A stretch of DNA of 20,000 bases from Catajapyx aquilonaris (lineage: Eukaryota): the NCBI GenBank assembly GCA_000934665.2, contig KZ538364.1, forward strand, positions 59,539 to 79,538. The letters run 5' to 3'. Below the pieces are notes generated by a model. The model did not search any database. It was given only the letters and a program-made list of their open reading frames with translations, and had not been told where the DNA came from. Shown here in pieces: positions 1-10,547 of the stretch. The position numbers and the translations under genes were made by a program. Every line of letters starts with the position of its first letter. Positions within the stretch are counted from its first letter, which is position 1.

Positions 1-686
1 GGAACATGAAAATCGGAAACGACGATGGTTGGGGGTGGACGGCATGAAAATCGTTGTTTGAAGGGGGGGGTTAGGGCATGCGAAATGTGGGTTAATTCTG
101 GTTATTTGGGCCTAGGCTTATAGAGATGGGGGTGGTGGGCCATAAAGAGGCCAGATTGATATTCGGCACGACAGGCGCGAGCCTCATTATAACTCTTAAC
201 TCTGTGCAATTAGGACCAATCTGCCTTCCTTTTTTCGGCTGTACCCACCCCACCTGATTTTTGCACGGCGTTAAATTAAAATGTTGCCTTCCCTTTTCTG
301 GCGCTATCTTTACCACGAACCGTGAAATTAAGACGTTCAGAGAGACCGGGCCTCATTTCCACGGAAACCTTTATCATTTCGGGTCATGGTGGTAGACAGA
401 ATGATAAGGTGATGAAGAAGGGAAGGATTTCTGGAGGATTTGCAACCATATCTGCTGCTGCAAGATGGGCCATTGGTGAGGGACAGTTGGGCTCATTGCA
501 ACGACAGGTGCTGCAGTGGACATAAAAGATGGTGACGCAGGATCAACAGTGATGTCATTTATGCGGTACCAACTAAAAATACCATGTTCAAAAACTTAAA
601 AATAAATTTAAAGAGCAAAAGCCAATGATTCACACACACAAATTAGATTACAATATTGTTGCATTATTTCGTTCATATACCTCAGT

Positions 687-1055
687 CAGGGAGCATATAA
701 TATACTACATTAAGAGGAGCAAAACTTCTGTCGGCGCCTTTGATGTTCGAGTCTCTCTGTTTGAGGCCGTTGCCAAGGCTGGCGGCCCATTTGAAGTGTG
801 GGGAACGCCAACAAGGTATAAATAGGGTACAGGCAAAAATAGCGTCCGCCATCTTTGATAGTTTTGGCGGCCATGGCAACTACACAGCAAGAACACCCGC
901 GAATCAAAAGATGGCGGACCCTATTTTTGCCTGTACCTATTTATACCTCGTTGGCGTTGCCCACACTTCAAAATGGCCGCCAGCCTTGGCAACTCCCCAA
1001 ACAGAGAGACGCGGAAATCGAATGTTTGCGCCTCTTATGTAGGATATGCTCCCTG
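687..1055. mobile_element. 369-bp foldback MITE (non-autonomous DNA transposon, P-element/hAT-like termini)
   Basis: The termini CAGGGAGCATAT (687-698) and ATATGCTCCCTG (1044-1055) are perfect inverted repeats. Inner arms ~750-859 and ~903-1013 are near-perfect reverse complements. An exact 7-bp direct repeat CCTCAGT flanks it at 680-686 and 1056-1062 (TSD). Confidence 0.9.
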
Positions 1056-2422
1056 CCTCAGTGTTACGACATGCTTTATCCCCCTGTAAAAATCTCAATT
1101 CGTCAATACGACACAGAAAAATTAAAATTGAATAAAGGCTACATTTTTCATCTTTACATGCATTTAGCGTGAAATTCTCTTGTAATAATCCTCATCCAGA
1201 ATATTATTAAGCTCACGACCTTTAAAAGCCAGGTCATTGCTACGACTGAAATGGATGTGCTCTAACATTATTGGGCCACCACTCACTTTATGTCTGAACA
1301 AATCGCTGCTGGAATTGTCCAGAAAAGTGCGTAATTGCCAGTTCTATCCCTAGATTTTGCAGATTACTCCTCCATGGAGAGGTGGGGGGGAGGGAGAAGT
1401 GCGGCCAGATTTTGAGAGACTTTTACGCCCTGTAATAAAACCCTCTAGGGAATCTGGGAAGGGCTTTTCGAGATGATCTCTCTCCAACTTTACCCTCCGG
1501 ATGAAAACTCTTCTTCTACATCCCCCCCACTCTTCTCCTTTTTCTGCTTATTGGCTGTGAAATTGAAACGAAACGACAAGACTTGTTCGTGCGAGACAAA
1601 CAGCTTTCAAACAAGCAATACGCAGATTGACAACAGTTACCTTAACCATATATAACTGGTGCTAGGCCATTGATCAAACGTGATTGGCTTTCCGTGGGAA
1701 GTCGTATCTCTAGAGACATGTTCGACTTATTTGAAACGGGGGTAATTGGCATTAAACCTCCTTTTTTTCCCCCTTAAAGGCTCCTGTAGGAATTGGGCAA
1801 CAACAACAACAAAAAAGTGAGACAAAGTTGAAGAGTCACGGGATGTTCAAAGTGGGCAATTGCGGCGCAAAATGGCCTCTTTTGGCCATTATCCACATCG
1901 ATTCCGGAGTAGGATTGATGCCCCGGATTAATTTACGACCTCTGGACAAAGGTTACTTTTTCCAACACCGATTTAATTTGACGGCTTTTCCATGCATCAG
2001 CCTTAACCTTTAAATACATTTGCTTCTTGTTGTTCATACCCAAAGCAACAAACTTTGGTGCGGCCTTGTGACGTCACGATGAATAGTTAATTAGCGGAAA
2101 TTTTACAGACTGCTCCTGCTGACACTAAATATTCATTTTCGAGGCTCCGGACTGTAATTAATCCCACTTCTGATACCTCTGCGTTGGAGACAAGGCTCTC
2201 TAAGGAACACTATCTCGCGACGCAAATGATGGCTATTATGGAATCGATGTTAAATAGTGTTTCCAGTCCGGCGCGGAAAGTTATGTCATCCGGTAAGACA
2301 AAGTAGGCTGGTTTGGTTGCATAACATGTCAGGATGAGATGATTAAAAAATGCATAATTAATTACGTCTTCACCGCCAGGATTTTTCTTCTAACTTCACG
2401 TACAATGTCACCTCATCCACAC

Positions 2423-2622
2423 TACACTCTTAACCATTTACCTTCTCTAGAGAAGGTAAAACTTTTTTACCCTCTATTTTATAAGGTAATGCATGCAAAT
2501 TTTACCTTCTAATCAAGTTCCCCTATAATAATTTACCCTCTAATGTAAGGTAAAAAAATTGCCACTTTCTCACCCTGTATTTTTTTTACCTTCCACATTT
2601 ATACCTTATATTGTAGGGTAAT
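2423..2622. repeat. Cluster of TTACCYT...AAGGTAA palindromic units, probably a truncated DNA-transposon remnant
   Basis: Perfect 24-bp palindrome TTTACCTTCTCTAGAGAAGGTAAA at 2437-2460, followed by several degenerate TTTACC(C/T)T and (A/G)AGGTAA copies up to ~2622. It begins with TACACTCTTAA; no matching right end was found. Confidence 0.55.
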
Positions 2623-3310
2623 CAGGACCCATATTGCAGAACAACAAGCAGATTTGGTTCATAGAAATGGTTTGGCTCAACTCGTCAATATCCCCATGCA
2701 ACCTTGTCTTGCGGAGATTTTGAAGATGGGGGACAACAACAAAAAAAAGGGCTTCTATGCAGTCGGAGGAAAAGAAAATAAGGAGCCAAAAAGAAGGAGT
2801 TTGGAGAACAAGGCGTATATTTTTGGGTTGGAGGAGGGCAATTTGGTGCGAAACGAGAGTACGTGGGAAAAGCTGTTGGGCCATAAAGGGAAGTGCAGGC
2901 AAGGAAGTTATCCTCCTCTTCTCATCCCACCCCCACCCACCCCTCAGCACCATTTCAACGTTATGTCCCCCCCTTTTCAAGAAGGACCAGAAGGACTTGG
3001 AAACACTGCGAGTGTCGTTTGCCAAAATAGAAAGAAGTGGCGGAGAAGTCTCAGGGTGACTATTATACCCCCCCGAGGTGCGACCAACTTTTTTTTTTTT
3101 TTTTGACTGGTCGTCAACAGCTGACGGTAGTTCAGTCCTGAATAAACTGTATGTTTCCAATCGTCGTTCAAATGAACAACACACGATATATGTCACATTC
3201 TACGTAGCCTATCAGACCTCAGATTTTTAAATAAAATTAATGTAAAATTTAAATGTGCGTTTAGCTAATCAGACCAACCTTCAGACAACTGGTTAGTAAA
3301 ATAAATGCAT

Positions 3311-3311
3311 A

Positions 3312-3358
<47 letters not shown>

Positions 3359-3360
3359 AT
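3311..3360. repeat. (ATAA)n microsatellite, ~12 units
   Basis: Read directly from the sequence. Confidence 0.97.
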
Positions 3361-3607
3361 GGATCATTCCACGCGAAAATGGACATTGGTGAAAAGCCAT
3401 TTTTTATACTTTTTAAACTCTGATGTCAACCAAAATTTTGGTGTTGCTGTGCAAAGACATCATAGGTTAATTTTAGTCAAAATTTATACTTGGTCGTTGT
3501 GTTCATCTGTGCGTATCCTTCATCTAGGATATGATGCAATGGGGGTGGCCGCGTGTGTCTAAGCTCTAAGGGGTCAACTTCGACTGTTCAAAGCTGATGG
3601 GACTTAC

Positions 3608-3998
3608 CATTGATGATGTTTGAGATGAGTGTGAATGGCAGACAGAGGACGTTGACCAGAAGGTCAGCCAAGGCCAGGTTGACGATGAAGAGGTTGGTGG
3701 CGCTCCTCATCCTGGGGCTCCTGTAGACCACGGCTACCACGAAGCAGTTTCCGACCACCCCGATCAGGAAGACGAACGTGTAGGCGGTCAGGAGCATCAC
3801 GGTCATGTGGAGGTCATATCGCATCAGAGACGGGGTCACGGTCAGGGGGTCGTCGCCTGATGGGAATGACACGCAGCAGTTGTTGAGACGAGGAGGAGGA
3901 AGAGGAGGCCGGATACTCCATGTGTAGTTCATCACGGGCTGGATGATGTCCTCTGGGTCAAGGGTCACCTCACTGACATTGCCATTGCGGACGTCCAT
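3608..3998 (-). CDS. SIFaR: First coding exon of a rhodopsin-class neuropeptide GPCR, SIFamide receptor-like (N-terminus, TM1, TM2)
   Basis: The translation contains N-glycosylation sequons (NVS, NYT), TM1 [16 protein letters not shown]1 [12 protein letters not shown] and TM2 [22 protein letters not shown], which from recall closely resemble insect SIFamide/NPFF-type receptors. The acceptor TTTCTCTTTTCCCAG precedes an exon starting at 4023. The phase-1 donor G|GTAAGT follows 3608. It could be a SIFaR paralogue rather than the 1:1 orthologue. Later exons were not found in 1-3607. Confidence 0.85.
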
Positions 3999-4001
3999 TG
4001 C

Positions 4002-4019
4002 TCAAACCGCCTTACTCAT
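4002..4019 (-). promoter_or_regulatory. 5-codon upstream ORF (MSKAV*) in the GPCR leader
   Basis: The minus strand reads ATG AGT AAG GCG GTT TGA GCA ATG. The uORF is in frame with the main ATG at 3998 and stops 3 nt before it, inside the same exon. Confidence 0.6.
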
Positions 4020-4063
4020 CGCCCTGGGAAAAGAGAAACAATGATACAGCACATGCTACTCCA

Positions 4064-4450
4064 CTAGACTGTTTTTAACGAACACAACTGAGTGCGCATC
4101 ACAGTTCGCGCATTGTGCACGGTTGGCATTATCAATTATAGCTCCGTTGACATGTGATGATTGTACGCTGGGAACCGTTGTCCTCCTAAAAACCTATACA
4201 GGTTATAACGGGGTAAATTAAAGAAATATAGCTCTGTATTAGTAGGTGCATTGCGCTGCACTTATTTCCAACGCTACTCTTGGAGGGAAACAAAATGGCT
4301 GACGTTTACGACGTTCCCAAAGCTGTAAGCTATAACGAACCTCATCAGAGGCTACGGGTGTGAATTATTTTATGGCCCCATGGGAGTAACTCTGGCAACG
4401 TTGTTATCAGAACACTGGAGCTGCGCTAGTGTGGGTGCGCACTCGTCATC
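4064..4450. mobile_element. MITE-like element, copy 1 (same family as 10548-11035, opposite orientation)
   Basis: The reverse complement of 4063-4145 aligns with ~10942-11035 (CAACCGTGCA..TGCGCGAACTGTG.TGCGCACT). The reverse complement of ~4372-4445 aligns with ~10575-10650 (CGAGTGCGCA.CCACACT.GCGCAGCTCCA...GTTGCCAGAGTT). It has subterminal inverted GAGTGCGCA/TGCGCACTC motifs. The right boundary is approximate. Confidence 0.75.
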
Positions 4451-5053
4451 ATTTAACCAGCTCACTAAAATTGCTGGTAATTACTGCCGGCTGGTACTTG
4501 TAACACCGCAATTACTAGTCAGAAACATAAATCATGCGCTAGCAATATGCCGCGATTGCCATATTATAAACCCAACTCCCTCTTGAAATCCCTAGGGCAA
4601 TATGCAATGTTTAAAATAATAAGAAAAAATATCCCTTCCATTATTCAGGCGATCGGTATAGAGAGGGTTGAAGGTTAGGATTTCAGCTCTGGGAATTATC
4701 CCTTGGGTTGATCCCAAAAGGCGTGGGTGTGAACCCGCAAGTGCAGCTCCGTTCCCCCCCCTGATTGCTTTCTAATCCAGGCATATTAATGAAGCCCCGT
4801 CTAGCCTCCTTCTCTCCCCCTTCCTCTTCTCACAACCCGAAACTTCCTTCGCAGGTAATTCGAGTTTACAGATTAATGAGCCTCTTCTCAACACCACTTG
4901 GAATTTGTCATCATCACAGGATGAAACGCTATCAGGTTCAGATGGACAGCGTCTCAAGGTTATGGGCATAGTTTCAGCTCAGTCTTTGTCATTTCTGCCT
5001 CATGGAAACATCTTATTTAGAATTTGGGATTCACACACACACACCCACACAGG

Positions 5054-5307
5054 CGCGCATTCCTATCCTTGTGAGGTCTTTCCAAAAGTTAAAATTTAAA
5101 ACTAACCTAACCTAACCTGCAAGGAAACACACGAAATTTTGGTGAAATATATTGTTACTGACTTTATGAGGTATTTTTCGATTTTTCCCTATCCTTGTGA
5201 GGCGTGTGTACACTATGAGGTACAGGAAAACTACCTCGTAATGACAAAATTCCTCAGAAGGATAGGAAAAACGCGAAAAAAATTCCTCACAAGGATAGCA
5301 ATGCGCG
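5054..5307. mobile_element. TIR element A next to a CA tract, with internal CCTAA repeats
   Basis: 23-bp TIR with 1 mismatch: CGCGCATTCCTATCCTTGTGAGG (5054-5076) and CCTCACAAGGATAGCAATGCGCG (5285-5307). There is a second internal inverted pair at ~5183-5202 and ~5252-5271. CTAAC repeats at ~5102-5117; a (CA)n tract at 5032-5051 immediately to the left. Confidence 0.8.
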
Positions 5308-5321
5308 TCCATGTTTGCACG

Positions 5322-5600
5322 CCATTAGCTGTGGGGACATGGGTAACACAACTTTTGAAACCTATAGTTTGTCCTAACATAAACTATGCTAACCTAACCT
5401 AACCTACCTAACCTACTCTACCCTAACTAACCTAGGCTGAGATAAATGGTTTTTAAAGAGACCCAATTGTGGGGACATGTCCCCACTAAAGATGTACCCA
5501 ACAGGTGAAATCAATTGTGGGGACCAGAAATGTCCCCACAATTTGAAAATGTCCTCACAGTTACAGTTAAAACTTCCATTTCCGTCCCCAGAGCTAATTG
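5322..5600. mobile_element. TIR element B next to a CA tract, with internal CCTAA repeats
   Basis: TIR CCATTAGCTGTGGGGAC (5322-5338) and GTCCCCAGAGCTAATTG (5584-5600). Internal GTGGGGAC...GTCCCCAC palindromes at ~5464-5543. Degenerate (CCTAA)n at ~5389-5434; an (AC)5 tract at 5601-5610. Confidence 0.8.
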
Positions 5601-6362
5601 ACACACACACTCTCTCCCTACGACGATATGCCATGGGGGAGAAAAGAGCTGGAGAAAATCAATGGAAATCAAACAGGACTAGTCATACTCTTGGTCCTTT
5701 TTGTCAATTAGCCTTATTTCACACTTTTTATTTTCTTCTACTCTATATGCCATGAGCTAGAGAAAAAAAAGCAAAAATTGGTTAATTTCTCCCCCAGGAG
5801 TTGGTTGCAATTGCAGCTGGCTCCTTTCAGAGAGAGGTCCTGGGGAGTAGTCACGTGGCAGTTGGCCGTGTCGTTTATATGGCGAAGAGTAAAACCCCGC
5901 CATTTTCGGGTTAGCAAAGGCAGTTGGCAGGTCTTTTGGCCGCACATTAATCAAGTGGTGCTGGTCGCAGGCATTATTTCATAATTGCTCGTTGCAAAAA
6001 AAAGAGGGGGGGGGAGGGAGGGTGTAGAGAGGATTTCTCTCTGCTGCCTTATTCTGCCCCTTCCCAGCAAAACACACTCCATCCGAGTAGGAGAGGACTA
6101 AAACTCGCTCGTATAACCACTGTTCAGGACGACGCCTTTTCCAGGCCCTTTTATACTGGAACCGGATTAAACTTGGGCCAGCAAAATGTTCTCCTGGAGC
6201 CAGACAAAAGTTGCGCCCCCCCCCCCCCCAAACACCAGTTAAGCAAGTGTCGTTTATCATCCAACATGTCACAATCACAGTCACAATATTGTTGGCTTTA
6301 ACCCACATTTCCCATTATTTTGTTTGCATACAAATGGAGCTCCAAATTAATAATAATTGTTG

Positions 6363-6608
6363 TCCTACATATATGGGGAAGTTTGTTCGTATGTATATAT
6401 GTGTGTTTGTTTTTCCAAGGCAATTGGGCTACCCATGGCAACAAGTCAACTAGTAATCGTGGCAACAAGTCTCCATGGCAAGAAGTAATCATGGCGGGGA
6501 TATCGTGGCAACGGGTGTCCAATGTCCATGGCATCCAGTCGATACCATGATGAAAAGGAAGCTCTTTCATATACGTAAACCACAAGGTTGGAAACAATAA
6601 TATTCTAG
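6363..6608 (+). mobile_element. Non-autonomous Helitron-like element
   Basis: The 5' end TCCTACATATATGGGGAAGTTTGTT resembles the 19440 element. Internal repeats of CCATGGCAAC/CGTGGCAAC. Short 3' hairpin AACC-ACAA-GGTT followed by CTAG|T at 6605-6609. No TIR or TSD. Confidence 0.6.
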
Positions 6609-8325
6609 TCTGGACTTCAACATTTGTACCGACTTTTTACGATTTGGTCCAGTTTGATAGCCTTATATTGCACAAGAAGTAGTCATTTTTTTCCTCCAGC
6701 AAAAATTGAGTTGCACTATAGCTTTTTACAGCCTCATACACACAAAGAACGTCGCCTGTACTGTACAGGGTGATGCACCGATCAAGTCCAAAATTGTTCA
6801 CGCCACAGCAACAAACTTGTGAACAAACTCCAGTGAGTTGCTTCTCTTCTAAAATGATTTCTGGAGTGAACAGTTCCCTAAACAGGAGACACCCTGTAGT
6901 GGTCCTAAGCTTCAAGAGGGGACAGTAATCCGAAATATGCTGGATATTCCCCCCCACTGTTGCAAAATTCTCCTTTGTGATATCCGCTGAATGGAGTTAT
7001 GTGCAGCAGTTTGGAGAGGCCACAAAGGGAAAGACAGTTGTTGGCCTGATTTGCTCTGAAAAGCGATAAATGTAATCATCTCTCTCCACTCCTGCTTGCA
7101 ACTTATCGACCTCTCGTCTCAACTAGCTACAAAGCCACCGACTTTTTAACGGCCCGGAAAGATCAAAAGAAAAACAACAACATCTGATTATTATCAATTA
7201 TGAGCAACAATGTGAACAATATCGGTTTCTTACTCGATTGATTCCCCCCCCCCCCTTTTGTTCCTTTTGTTTCATCTTTAAAGATCTGCTTACTTTCACA
7301 GTTAATTAGATGAACAATTAACTTGTTCAACGCCCCAGATCAAAGGTTAACCCCCGATGTATCACACTTGACGAATCGTTCAACTTCCCTTGAAAGCGCA
7401 ACAGGTTGTGTGAAAAGCGGTTCCAAGAACTAGAACAAAAATCGGAAAATCTTGGCCCCTGAAGGGGGGTTGAAAATGTCGTCGAGTTACTCACGTAGAG
7501 AAATAATATTCCCCAAAAGTCCTTCCAGTTTTGTTGCCAAAGAACTTTTAATAGAAAAAAACGGAGAAATGTCCCCCCCCCCCCCCCCNCCCCCCCTCCT
7601 CAGCACAACCAGTTTTAAACGTCTCTTTGCAGGTTTTATAGGACCAGTAAAAAAAGCTCTGGGCTCGGTACACAAGTTAATAAAAACCGCATGGAATAGC
7701 AGGAGGAATGAACGTAGTTAACTGGCGATATTGCACCTTATCAAAGATGAGGGTGCTGAACACGCACGCTGAGTCTGGGGTGGGCTAATTATAACTTTAA
7801 TAACGCCAAATAATTTCACTCTATACGCTTTTTTTGTATATAAAAAAAAGAGAGAGGCTTGGTTAGCAGTTTCACTTTCAGTTAACCACGTTGGCAGAAA
7901 AAAAACTCGGCAAAACATTTGAGCCTAACTACCCTTAATTATAAGCTGCCTGGATTTTTTTTCTTCGTGCAATTAACGCATGGGAATGAGGATTTTTTTC
8001 CTGCTGATAAATACCTCGGAAAAGTTTTCGCCCCCCTTTTTGGGGAAATGTAAATTGTGATTGATTGCAACAGCAGCATGTAATTGACTCAGAACCTCTA
8101 CTATCGGATGAAGTTATTGCGATTTACTGTATCTATTGCATTATCAACTAGGCCGCTGTGTATCAAAATATGCGGTCATTAATATAATTGCGTGTAATAA
8201 TATTGTTGGCTGCAATTAACAAGAAACGAGCGTTGATTTACCGAGAGATTCTGTTGCATAATTTGAAGCATTGCCGTTGTCTTGTATTTTTTTCTGTATT
8301 ACTGTCACTAATATTTTTTTTAAAG

Positions 8326-8774
8326 GGATGGAATATTCGTCCCACTGCTAGTTACTGCTAACTTAGCAGTATCAGAGTTGGCAATAATGGTACTGCTAAA
8401 TTAGCAGTAACTAGCAGTGGGACGAAATTTCCACCCAAGGTTAATATCTCCTTAACTATAGTCAAGCCCTTTTTATACAGATGTGATAACAATGGGTGGA
8501 ATTTTCGTCCCCACTGCTATAGTTACTGCTAATTTAGCAGTACCATTGTCGACACTGATACTGCTAAGTTAGCAGTAACTAGCAGTGGGACGAAATTTCC
8601 ACCCAAGGTTAATATCTCCTTAACTATGGTCAAGCACTTTTTATACAGATGTGAAAACAATGGGTGGAATTTTCGTCCCCACTGCTATATAGTTACTGCT
8701 AACTTAGCAGTACCATTGTCGACACTGATACTGCTACGTTAGCAGTTACTAGCAGTGGGACGAAAATTCCACCC
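8326..8774. mobile_element. Three tandem ~111-bp palindromic MITEs (8326-8436, 8494-8604, 8662-8774) separated by two near-identical 57-bp spacers; period 168 bp
   Basis: Each unit reads GGGTGGAA..TTCGTCCCACTGCTAG..ACTGCTAANTTAGCAGT-loop-ACTGCTAANTTAGCAGT..CTAGCAGTGGGACGAA..TTCCACCC. The 3-bp flanks are AAG/AAG, AAT/AAG and AAT/AAT. G-rich termini with a 3-bp TSD suggest PIF/Harbinger-like (inference). Confidence 0.9.
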
Positions 8775-8820
8775 AATATCGTTAAGGGCAACGAACCAAT
8801 AAAACCTCACGTTGTACACC

Positions 8821-8821
<1 letters not shown>

Positions 8822-8902
<81 letters not shown>
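8822..8902. repeat. (AAT)n microsatellite, ~26-27 units
   Basis: Read directly from the sequence. Confidence 0.97.
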
Positions 8903-8904
<2 letters not shown>

Positions 8905-10307
8905 TGGACTTACCCTAATATTTGAAGTTAGTGGATGGTGGGGACAGCATAGACCGGAAGTGCTAATGAGCCGAAAGCGACAGGTAAACTGCGAGTTAAG
9001 AAGTCAGAGTGCGCCTGTTGAGGCGTGGTTGAGGACGACGCTGCAGACGGTCCCCTCCCACTTCTCCCCCCTCCCCTCCCCTCCTCTCTCTAAAAACCGA
9101 CGCCCACGACGCAAGCCCAGGTTTCCCCAAATAATTAGTCACCTCCAACCATGGCCATATACCTTCTGCTTTTTCCATATTCCCGCTTTGTCTTCCCCAT
9201 TTTTCCCCTCCCCCCACCCTCCTCCTCTCCAACTATATGGTTGACATTGACCGATTCATATCAGTCGACCACCCAATTATTAATTATTTTTTTTGCAGAA
9301 ATCCGAGGCCAAATTTTCCGGAATATTTATTGGCCACCACACCAGGCGAAGGTATGGTTCGAGGATCAAAATGCGCAGAAACTTGGGCTCGCCATGATTG
9401 TGATTGTGATTATGTACACGAATTTTGGACATTTTTCTTAAGTGCCCTTTGACATCTCAAGGAGCGTCCAATCTTGATTTCGTTGTTTGACTTCGTTTGT
9501 TTGTTTCCAGTATTAGCTACTGGATAAGTCGTATAATATTAGCCATTATCGCATTTGCAGTGCAATAGATAACGAGGCAACGGGGTGGGGGCACTCTCCA
9601 GGAAGGAGTACAGAGGGGCAAAGTTACGAATTGTTCCCTCTAGCAAGTGGTTTAAAAAAGAAACAAATTTTCTATATACAGCAGGTAGAGGACTGTTGGA
9701 CTGTGCAGTTGGCGAGAACTGGACACTTTTTCCTGGAAATGATGACATACGGGGCACTTGAGTGAACACATGTCACACATTTTCCTGGAGACCGATCTTA
9801 TCAAAAAAAAAATCGTAATCCTAATTCGCGGATAACAGGCGATAACTTCCATATCGAAGAGCAATTATTTTTAAAAAATGTGTTGTGAATTCAAGGTGCG
9901 GTTTTGTATGACACTAGATGGGAGCTTGGGACTCTGGCCGATTGCATCCGCGGATGGTGGGGGATAAAAGGCCGAGGTGGAAATGGCCCCCCGACACTCG
10001 ATCATGGGCCAATATCTGCATGAATGAGATAGAGGCCCCAGTTTTTGGCAGGTGGCCAACTTGCGATGGGGAGTGTGCAGATATGCCTGGAAGGGGAAGA
10101 GGGGGGGTTAGATTCCTCAGGGGTAGACTTTGTCATCACCCACCCAACACTTCCCTCTTTACATGCGCAAACACTCCACGAAAATTTTGTAAGGACGCTA
10201 ATTCTCTGGTGAACCCTTCATGACCCCCCACTATCCATATCAATATCAAAATTTTGTCGCCCGGATCAATACTTGTAATGGGAATATTGAGGTAGTTATC
10301 TATCTAA

Positions 10308-10456
10308 AGCCCTGTTTAATTACATGTGAGCGATTTGACTAGCGAAGAGGAGCGAAGTAACCAATATTGTTTGAGGTGAAAGTAACTTTCGACTCAAACA
10401 ATACTGGTTACTCGGGTTACTCAGCGTTGTTATCGCCGGCACATGTAAACGCACCT
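10308..10456. mobile_element. Degenerate Tourist/Harbinger-like hairpin MITE
   Basis: Central 27-bp arms at 10356-10382 and 10386-10412 (3 mismatches). Outer TTACATGTG..GCGAT / ATCGC..CACATGTAA arms. TAA/TTA-type flanks. Ends are approximate. Confidence 0.6.
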
Positions 10457-10460
10457 TATT

Positions 10461-10546
10461 AACTTACTGTACTTGTATTATGAGAGGTGAAGTTTGTTTG
10501 TTTGTTTGGTTCATGACAACCTGTTTCCATGGCAAATTTGTATACC
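10461..10546 (+). mobile_element. 5' fragment of the Helitron-like family (cf. 6363 and 19440)
   Basis: GAAGTTTGTTTGTTTGTTTG followed by CATGACAAC and GTTTCCATGGCAA motifs, in the same order as in the other two copies. It stops where the 10548 element begins. Confidence 0.5.
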
Positions 10547-10547
10547 G

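Noticed and set aside
372..572. Possible minus-strand exon (WYRINDITVDPASPSF...) as the next GPCR exon
   Set aside because: The phase does not match the phase-1 donor, and no ECL1 W-x-x-G/TM3 Cys or DRY-like motif appears in any frame I read.
625..1172. Cluster of overlapping short ORFs on both strands
   Set aside because: By-product of the GC-richer palindromic MITE; no protein motifs.
2606..3196. 196-aa and 150-aa ORFs on opposite strands
   Set aside because: Low-complexity, homopolymer-driven translations with non-ATG starts and no recognisable domain or splice support.
4300..4352. CTGATGAG on the minus strand as a hammerhead ribozyme core
   Set aside because: No GAAA correctly placed after a stem II, and no closing stems found.
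7573..7596. Poly-C tract containing an N at 7589
   Set aside because: Homopolymer with an ambiguous base; likely a sequencing or assembly uncertainty.
8326..8774. CRISPR-like repeat-spacer appearance
   Set aside because: Repeats are 111-bp palindromes, the spacers are near-identical to each other, there are no cas genes, and the context is eukaryotic.
10356..10412. Pre-miRNA-like hairpin
   Set aside because: It has a 3-nt loop and is embedded in longer inverted arms, so a MITE explains it better; there is no expression evidence.
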